Below, piece after piece: positions 27,501 to 36,174 of a stretch of 36,174 nt of DNA. The position numbers were made by a program, and so were the translations under genes. The notes beneath the pieces are model-generated. The model did no database searches, had not been told where the DNA came from, and saw only the letters and a program-made list of their open reading frames with translations. The number at the start of each line of letters is the position of its first letter. Position 1 is the first letter of the stretch. Origin of the DNA: Intoshia linei (lineage: Eukaryota; Animalia; Orthonectida); NCBI GenBank assembly GCA_001642005.1, contig LWCA01000263.1, positions 1-36,174 of the forward strand. The letters run 5' to 3'.

Positions 27501-28697
27501 TATGTGAGTGTTTCCCATCCGGTGATAAAACTGAACATATAAAAATATATTGAATCTTTTATAAACTCTAGATCAGAGGTTCCCAAAGTGAGCGATTAAT
27601 TCTGTTGGGGGGCGATTCTAAGAAATATGATACAGTACAGAGGTGGGGAAGCATTTACTGTTCGAAGGCCGCATTAACGTCCCAAAAAAATATAATAAGG
27701 CCGCACCTTTCTAAATAAAATTTATTTAAATACCCACAATGGTGAATAATTTATTAGGTGGTGAGAATACGAAAATTTTAGATGATTGGTATGTATGATA
27801 AATTTTTAGCATGTTTTATTCAATTTAGTAAAATCTTATGAGAAAAAACTTAAATTTTATTAACTATTAAGGAAAAAATCCCTTACCAATATTTTTAAAA
27901 TAAAATAATTCAAATTCTTCGGAAGGCCACACCAAAACGTCAATAAAGCGGCACGTTCCCTACCTATGATATATAAAGTGGGGCGTTGATGAATTTTTTG
28001 GTTGTAAGGGAATATTTTTATAGCAAGTTTGGGATCCACTGAGATAAACAGTGGCACAGTAATAAATATATTATACGCCGTAGTAGAAATTTTTTTAAAG
28101 GGGGAGTTGAAAAAATATATTGTTAAAAGGGCGGTAGACCAAATCAGTTTGGGAACCCTTACTCTAGAATCTAGATAATAATTACATTGTATATATTTAT
28201 TTAGATGTTCCATCAGAACAATTCTACAAAAGAAAATGCCAACAGCTAAAAAAGGCTTTGGAAGAAACTTTGTATGAAAATGAAAAGGTAATATTCGGTA
28301 TTGAATTATATTGATTACTAATGCATGGTATTTAGTTATTGATGGAAACTCAAATATTGGAAGAAGAAAACAAAATGTACAAAAGTATGTCAGATAATGC
28401 AGAATATTTCGCCAATATTCTAAGTGTAATTATTTATAATTTTAGAAAAATTAACAATTAAATTCTATTTCAAAATCTCGTAATCTTGAACCAATGGATT
28501 TTTTATTAAAAAATGACGTCTTTGTGTTAAAGTACAGTTCATTTAGAGGACTTTGTATTTGTAATTTGCACATGTAAACTGATGTTATCTGATATTTTTT
28601 GTTTATTTAAAATTTAAATGTTTGAGAAATTATTTTTTTGATTAAATTATTTTAGGCATTATCAAAAGAAGATATATATGCAGATTCCGATGAATAA
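24587..28697 (+). CDS. GMNN: geminin-family protein
   Basis: Model: ATG 24587-9, then exons 24626-24667, 26988-27099, 28205-28287, 28336-28425, 28656-28697. DVPSEQFYK...KKALEETLYENEKL...ENK...AEYFANIL matches geminin ENPSSQYWK...RKALYEALKENEKL. The 5' exons are less certain. Confidence 0.8.
24935..25300 (+). mobile_element. pogo/Tigger (DDE_1) transposon relic
   Basis: TA|CAGTAGAA end at 24935. 25148-25300 encodes RKILLFVDNYTAH...FLPKNTTSVLQPMDMGI. Confidence 0.85.
25527..26612. mobile_element. non-autonomous hAT element
   Basis: TAGGG...CCCTA ends, 8-bp TSD ctgatgac/ctgatgaa, and repeated subterminal GTCATA motifs at both ends. Confidence 0.75.
25960..26488 (+). mobile_element. internally deleted piggyBac relic nested in the hAT element
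   Basis: PFQFTDNFG...YPIDIFNQIIDNKII (N-terminal part), ECTLCNEALCLLCYDLKH (C-terminal Cys-rich domain) and terminal AGGG|TTAA. The left boundary is approximate. Confidence 0.7.
27574..28161. mobile_element. hAT/Charlie-like MITE with nested MITE fragments
   Basis: TIRs cagaggttcccaaagtg / cagtttgggaaccctta. TSD ctctagat/ctctagaa fits the NTCTAGAN preference. Confidence 0.7.
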
Positions 28698-28834
28698 AAT
28701 TAGTGTTACATTGTATATTGATATTTTTACAATATTATACAAAATAGTAAAATTTTAATTAAACTAAATTTTTAAATCCTATACAGCGACTGAAAGTTGA
28801 AATAAAATCCTATTCTCCAATTGTGGTTTATGAG

Positions 28835-31800
28835 CTAATTTGAGGAAATGTATTTATTTACAGCTTTGAGAGCGTACAAAAGTGAACATTCAACGCGAGC
28901 CTCCATGATAATAATGTTGACAAGAACCTGTTGAAAACAAAGTAAAATTAAAAATTGTAAAGTTTTACCTTTTCGGCATCTTCAAACCCATACATGAATT
29001 TATTATACATTTCTTTTGTCATTTCTTCTGGTAAACACCCAACAATTTTAATGGTGGATTTGAGTTCTCGATTTAACAAAATATTAATTTCACTATAGTT
29101 GTAATCATCATATCGAAGTCCGTAGATTGACTGTAGGTATCTCATTATGGCAGTATAAAAATCATTATTATTTACATTGGATATTTGCCTAAATTAAATT
29201 ATTAATGTCAATTTCCGAAAAAATATTTAATTACGTATAAGTAAGATCTTTGATGGCGTTAAATTTGGAATCTAGCAATCGACCGCTGTTTGGATATAGA
29301 CTGCATAAACTATAACCTTCCTTGTTCCAACTAAAATCCTAACTTTTTTAAAAATTAAGAGTTGCTTTAATTACCTGGAATCTTAATGTGTGCATATCAG
29401 CAGGTTCACCACATTTTTTGAAATCAGTATATTTGTAGGTTAAATCATCTATTAAATTATTCAGTTTGAACAAATTTTTGGATTGTAAATTTTCACGTTT
29501 AGTTTTTGATTCATTACCATCAGCGGCCTTTTTTAAAATGATAATGACGTTAAATAAAAAATTACATTATCCGGTAAATTTTCGAACCCTTCAACGCTAA
29601 ACTTGTCGTGTATATAAAAAGAGTGACTGGAAGGAGTATCTGATTCAAAGGCTACTCCGGTTCCATATACAAAACTAGACAAACTATGAAAATGGACCAT
29701 AATTATGAGTGCTTGTAGCATTTCTGAAGTACTCCAAGAATCACCTTTTTGAGCGTGGCGTAAGTTCTAAAATTTAGGGTAAAGTTTTAGACTATAAATT
29801 AATCTGTCATTTAATTTATCAATATTTTCAATTGATTTGTTATTTATGGCAATTGATTTACGTAGCAATTAAATTATAGAGTTTGTCACTGAATAAATTT
29901 AGCATATTATCAATTCTAATTGTCAATTAATCGTACATTATCATTTAAAGTACTAATATAAAATTAACAATTTAGTTAATATTTATTTCATTTTCCCAAT
30001 TTGAGACCTTCAGGATTAAAAACCCAAGTTATCTCTTTTTTTAAAAATAACATCATAATGTAATAAATTATTATTTAAAAGTATATAGAAATAAACACAT
30101 TTTATAAAATAACATTTTGTCAGTAAAAAAATTGAATTAAAAGTTTGATGATTTTGGAGTGTCAGTATAAAAATTAAAAATCTAGTTTTTGAAATATTAA
30201 GATATCATATTATACCTACAAACCAAATTCGGTGTTCACACCAGAGAATATTTTTTATGAGAACACATAGAATGTAATTATGTCAATAGTAGAGTATTGT
30301 AATATGAGAGAGAAATGTGTAGTAAGTAGTGAGGATAACTTAATAGAATTATATATTATGAAATAAAATGAAGTAGATTTTTGATAAAATTTGGTTGATT
30401 TGATTAATTTAATTGGAAAAAAATAATACTTTATTGACACAATAATCAATTGCTATAATTTCTAAATTATGGATAAAACTTTAATTGACGCCTATACAAT
30501 ATTTAATTGCTATGCGTAACAAATGACAAAATAAACATTTAGTTGCTAAAAACTGATAAATCAGTTGACATTTAAATTACAGCCAAAATTTTACAATTTT
30601 CAAAATTACATAAATGTGACATTTATTAATCATCCAAGGTTTATGAGCTAAGATTTTGTTAACTTCTTGAATATTTTGAAGTTTCAATGGAGTATTTTTT
30701 ATGCTTGTAAGCCATTTTTGATCACCACCACATTTCAAAAAATTTAAAGTGTACAATTCAACTAGATATTTGCATTTGTGTCTCGCAGCTGCCTAAAGGT
30801 CAACTAAATTAGTTTACTATTGTGTTTATAAAATTACGATAATTGCAATGTAATGTCTATAAGTCTTTAATAGGGGGCCACAATCCGACATTAAAAATGT
30901 TTCCAAGTTGATAAATTGGCAACTATAAGATGGGTGGAAATACATAATCTCTTGTACATTTGTAAGTCTTCTTTGATTCATATATTGAGTTAAATAAAAA
31001 TTTTTCAGCTAAATCCACAATATAAATAAATACATTTTCTTTACAAAATATTTGATATTGAAGTTACAAACTTTGAATCTGTAAACTGTAATCAGATCAT
31101 TCAATAATGTAGTTGTTTATTTTCGACCACTGATACATTTTATACAACAAATATATGTTCAGTTTACATTCGAATGATAAATGTAAAAATTAAATGGCGT
31201 GACAGTTTTGTAATGTTATACATTTTAAATTTAATTTGAAATGTGTAGTTTTCATGATAATATTTTATTTTATGAAGTGATGAATTTTTACATTTTACAA
31301 AACGAGTCACACTCAGTAGCGTATATAGGTGGCGATTTTTAATTTTTTAGTAATTAAAGTGGAAAAATTTGATATATTAACCATTCAGCTAAAATAAACG
31401 CAAATTTGCATTCAAAATAAAAAACTAAATATTTAAAATTTTTAGTAAATAAGTCGAAGGGTTAACCATACTGCAGTGTATTAACACTAACTTAAAATAA
31501 TACAAAATAGACATAAAATTACTTCAATGTTATTTTCATTCCAAGGATGCTCCAACTAAATGGATTAACAATTATATTACAGCATCGTATCAAATATTAA
31601 TAAAATTATTATAATGTTTTTCACCATTAAAAATATATTTTGTAAAAAATGATTCAATTTTTATTTTATTAACAAAAGTTATAAGTGATTCTATTTAATG
31701 AGATTGTAAGAATTATGTACATTGCTCTGTGTGTACTATTTAATTATAATTATAGAGTATTTCACAATATTTAATTTAGTTGACAAGTTAATTCCACTGT

Positions 31801-33754
31801 AAATGGTATTAAAAATGCACCCAAAAATCAATTTTTAAAGTACAAATTAAGCCTATAACCTTCATATTCAAATGTCACACATTTTACAGAATACAGGACT
31901 TATCTGTAGTAACTTATCTATAATTTAGTTGTGATTTAGATTCTAAATCAAACATGTTATCTCTTATGTAGAGTTGTGAAAGGTTAATGACAATTTTTAA
32001 TGTTAAAATTTGTGTAAATTGCAGCTAGGAGTTTATGTAAGAAAAATTTCAAGGTTTTCCCATACAAACATTGTGAATGCAATTGTATCCAATTCCACAA
32101 TTGTCAATAACAAAATCTGACCCATACTTTTATGGTTGCAGACTGGTGAAGGTTGTATATCTGTAGATTACACTTTTTTCTGATAAAAAACTTAACTTCC
32201 CTAATTAAAATTTAAAATTACTTTATCCTTATCAATATAAGTCGAGGGTCCGTCGTTTTCAAAGTAGGGAAGTATTCTACAGTCTATATTCTAAAATAAA
32301 ATAATAATGCTATTTACTATGTTAATAAATAACAAAAGTGCATTTTTTTAGTAGCACCATGCATATTTATTTATTACAATATTCATTAGTGTGCATCACA
32401 AGTGTTTTATTCACAAACAAATGTCTTAGGATGCGTTTCCCATATAAAAAGTTTTATTATTTTAATTTGTTAAATTAACTCATTTACTAATTTCCACACC
32501 GTGAAATATCATAAATTAATTTTATCAAATTAAGTCCTTTGAAAATTGAAAATTTGTGGGTTTTTCAATATATGTAATTATTGATGCTTTTCTTATTTAT
32601 GTGAATTAAAGTTCTAGATCCTCCACTGCTTTTAGTACTTCATTCATTGCTGTAGTTTTAATTTCAATTTTAAACAAAAAGTTTTGAAAATGATAATTGA
32701 AAATTTCGTAGCAAAGAAAAAAAATACGAGGGAATCAATTATATACATTTACACCCATATTTCTTTATTGGAAATGTATAGACATTCAATGCACATTTTT
32801 TTTTAAATTGTAGGATGATTATTTACTTTTTGATTTTAATTCAACATTTTAAAATATTGGTAGATAATATATTAAAAAATTTTTTTCATTGGGAATGCGT
32901 AGATCTCTGGGTTGAAATTTTGTATTTATATCAAATGGAATAAGCTCTATCAGAACAATCTTTTTTATTTAATTGTAGGACCATTAATTATTTCAAATTT
33001 TTTGTTTTAATTAAATAGTTTCGAAATAAAAAAAAATGAATATTAAAGTACTTTTTTGACCGTGAAGGCGTCACTTATTCAGATTGAAATTTTTTTTGTG
33101 TGTTAACTGGATATAACTATCATCCGTAATTCTTGTAAAATCATAGGGCTGCATTTTAATTTCATTTTTAAAAAAAAGTGTAATCTGGGTTTTTAACCGT
33201 AAAAATTACCGTTTTGAGTTTACCATTTATGAATTTATGTTGTATAAAATTATAAGACTTTCTTAATTTTTACAAAATAAGGTAATTTGGGGGTTTGGCC
33301 GTGAAAATATAAGATTTTGAAATTGAAAATTATCGTAATACATTGATAAATTGTGATGAATTTATAACTTTTCATTAGAATGTGTAATTTTTATAATTCT
33401 CGTAATTATATAAAACTCGACTCCTCTTACTTTTTTGATTAAACTGGAATAAATAAATAAACAGACATACATTTTTAACCATTTTACTTTATATAAATAA
33501 TGATCAATCGACCTAATGTAGTATTTTTTTACAAAATAATCACTTATTTCTGTCATAACCTTCTTTCGATTATTGAAGTACGGACTGTACTATGAAAAAT
33601 TTTAATCGATAAATAACCTTCAATTTTTCCAAGATGGTATTTGCGTTTTCAACAATTATTTTGTATGGGCTTTTTTTAAATAGTCTATATAAAGTAAGAA
33701 CAAAATCATTAACTAAATTGAAATTTGTGAGGTCGTTGTCTGTTGATGGTAAAC
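28835..33754 (-). CDS. SESN: sestrin, multi-exon, 5' end not found
   Basis: LYRLFKKSPY, GPSTYI, FHPSY, RHYIAIIAAARHKCKYL, NKILAHKPW, HFHSLSSFVYG, DFSWNKEGYSL, GLRYDDYNY and EK|VLVNIIIMEAR, all joined in frame. Confidence 0.95.
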
Positions 33755-34064
33755 CTAAAAATATTTTTTTATAAATAATAAAAATCTAAAAAAATCATGA
33801 TATCGACTAAATTTATATAACAGTTATTGATCAAATTAAATCAACCAACTTAAGTAAAAAAATAATGTTCATTGTTCATATAAAAATTTTTTCCATAATT
33901 AATGTTCTTAGAATTTGAAAAAATATTAGCCTTATCAATGGCGGATCCAAGGGGTGGAAAAGGTGAGGTTGCACCCCCTAAATTTTAAAAAAAATTTAAT
34001 TAATGTTTTGTAAAATAACTGATAAAAGTTTTAATTTATTAAAACAATATATGACTCATAATGG

Positions 34065-35700
34065 CAGAGCTGTTTTAAGGCATGGGCAATACGGGCTGTA
34101 GCCCAGGGCCCCTCATTAAAAAAGGCCCCCAAATTAATAAAAGTACTTCACATTTATATCTTAAAAATCAGTTTATAAGTTTTGAAGTTTATTAAAGTTT
34201 GAACTTTTTCTAAACCAGAAGTGCACAACCTTTCCACCAATTAAGTCACAATGCTACTTTTCTCATTGGTGCCTCGGCCGCACAAAATGTACTTCGACAT
34301 TGAGAAAGTTTACTCTGGAATCCAGAGTCTGAACCTACATTTTAGTTCTAATAAAATAGTTTTCTTTAAATTTTAATACATTATTGTATCAGCAAGTTTT
34401 AATTAATAATTTTCAATTAAAATCAATCCTTAATTCACTCATATAAATTAACACCACATTTGTCATTTATCTGAATCGGAATAAATAGCAATACAGTAAT
34501 AGTAGTAGTATTAATGCAGTGCTTCTCATGGGGGTGACTCGTCACCCAAGGGGTGAATACGAAAATTTAGATAATTGTAGGCTAATCTACAATTTTCAAC
34601 ATATTTCATTAAATCATCTAATTTAATATAGTCTTATGAGAAAAAACCAAAATTTTACCAACCTTTAAGGAAGAAATCTCTTTTTACCAATATTTTTTTT
34701 AAAAATCCATTTTTACCAAAGTTTTAGAATAAAAACTACCCTATCTGATTCCAAAAGAAAAAATCAAATTTTACCAACCCTTAAGGAAAAAAATCGCTTT
34801 TACCAATATTTTTATGAAAAATCCCATTTTAATAAATTTTTAGATCAATAACTCTTCTGACTGATTCCATAAGAAAATAACTGATTTTAAAAAAATTTGA
34901 AAAATCTCCTTTTACTAATATAATTTTTTTGAAAAAACATTAATCATTAATTTTTCAGTAAATAATTAATAATAATAATAATTGGACAACAGAAAAAAGT
35001 TCCATTACCAATTTGTTCATACATTAAAGTGAAAGACATTAAAAATATGTAAATATGAATAATGACATAAAAAATATCAGTGACTGCCTTGATATTGTGT
35101 TCCATTCGCTAACATTTGAGAAACTAGGGTAAAGTCAAAAATGTAACCTTTTGGTTAAAATATTTGTAATAGACCTTGAATAAAATCTCATTTTAACTTT
35201 TCAATTTGAAGTAAAATGATGTAATGTAAAATAATCAGATGTATTGCCCACGGCCGCACGTTGTGCACCCTTGTTCTAAACTAAAAATAATTAAGAATGA
35301 ACTTCGAAATTGCTTAGCTCAACCTCGTTTGAATGCGCTCTCCTTAATGTCAATTGAGAATGATATCAGTTTTGATAATATATCTGATTTATCTCAGAAA
35401 AAAGTGAGAAAACAACATTTGTGAAGAATTGTCAAGAATTTTTTGTGACTGCATGGTGTATATTTTCAAATGAAAAAGTAAACTTTGTTTATTAATTAAT
35501 GTAAGTAGGTTTTTGTAAAAGAAGTAAAAGTTACTAGAAACCCACATAATATCTTTTAATGCCTTTATTAATACTCAATGAAATAAAACTCTAAGTCTCC
35601 AACCAACAGTATGCCCTGTCTTCTAAGCAGGGGACCTACATTTTTTTTATTGCTTCGCTCGAAATTTTAAAGGGCCCCGAAGTGACTTAAGACGGCTATG
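34065..35700 (+). mobile_element. non-autonomous hAT element with transposase dimerisation-domain remnant
   Basis: TIRs cagagctgttttaag / cttaagacggctatg and perfect TSD cataatgg (34057-64, 35701-08). SKLKIIKNELRNCLAQPRLNALSLMSIE at ~35270-35424. Confidence 0.9.
34640..34880. repeat. ~116-bp tandem units inside a nested MITE, related to 27760-27900
   Basis: Repeated aaattttaccaacc-ttaaggaa...ttttaccaatattttt...ctgattcca. Confidence 0.7.
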
Positions 35701-35829
35701 CATAATGGCACATTTACAGTGTTTATTTAATGATAAATATGATGTATATAATGATGTAGATTGTACATGATCAATTATAGATGTAGACTACATCTACTAC
35801 TCTACTCTACAGAGAAAATATAGAGGGAT

Positions 35830-36174
35830 CTGACATTGAGACTTTTTTTAAAATTAACATTGCAATTCCTTTTTTCGATTCTATTTTATATGAACTCAGC
35901 CTACGATTTTTCAGTGATTAACAGATTTTTTTGAAAGAATTTTCCCTACATCCCCATTATTTTGAAGATTTGAAAAAATTCACATAAAAATATGAATTAT
36001 TTTTAACCATGCATATCATTAGATGAAGATCTCAGAGCAGAATATACTAGATGGAAAAAAAACTTGATTCAAAGACCACTATCATACAACAATTAATCGA
36101 AAGCTGCAATTCTAATTTGCTTCCAAATATTCATCAACTATTAATTATTTTGGCAACATTGCCAATCACCACAT
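35830..36174 (+). mobile_element. frameshifted hAT transposase fragment running off the window
   Basis: INIAIPF...ELSLRF, LRAEYTRWK and LPNIHQLLIILATLPITT (start of the hATC domain). Confidence 0.8.

Noticed and set aside
27104-28213. Minus-strand ORFs of 61 aa and 117 aa
   Set aside because: Both lie in a geminin intron, the longer one across a MITE; no recognisable motifs.

Overview
Very AT-rich, compact animal (metazoan) genomic DNA using the standard code, with many tiny GT-AG introns (about 33-50 nt) and a few large introns filled with DNA-transposon debris. An orthonectid-like reduced genome is a guess only. Manual splicing recovers 12 protein-coding genes: NKAIN (-), Chibby-like (+) with INIP/SOSS-C (-) nested in its intron, BLOC1S1 (+), an unassigned coiled-coil gene (+) with decayed duplicate 3' exons, an orphan type II membrane protein with a Cys-rich C-terminus (-), AP-3 delta (+, no ear domain), SAP18 (-), synaptotagmin-1 (-), USP14 (-), geminin (+) and sestrin (-, 5'-partial). 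Mobile DNA includes hAT elements with TIRs and 8-bp TSDs, plus CGGBP-like hAT, pogo/Tigger and piggyBac relics. The most notable observations are the interleaved Chibby/INIP/BLOC1S1 locus and a sestrin that keeps its GATOR2-binding residues but has a degenerate leucine pocket. No tRNA, rRNA or CRISPR array was recognised. All homology calls come from recalled motifs, not database searches.
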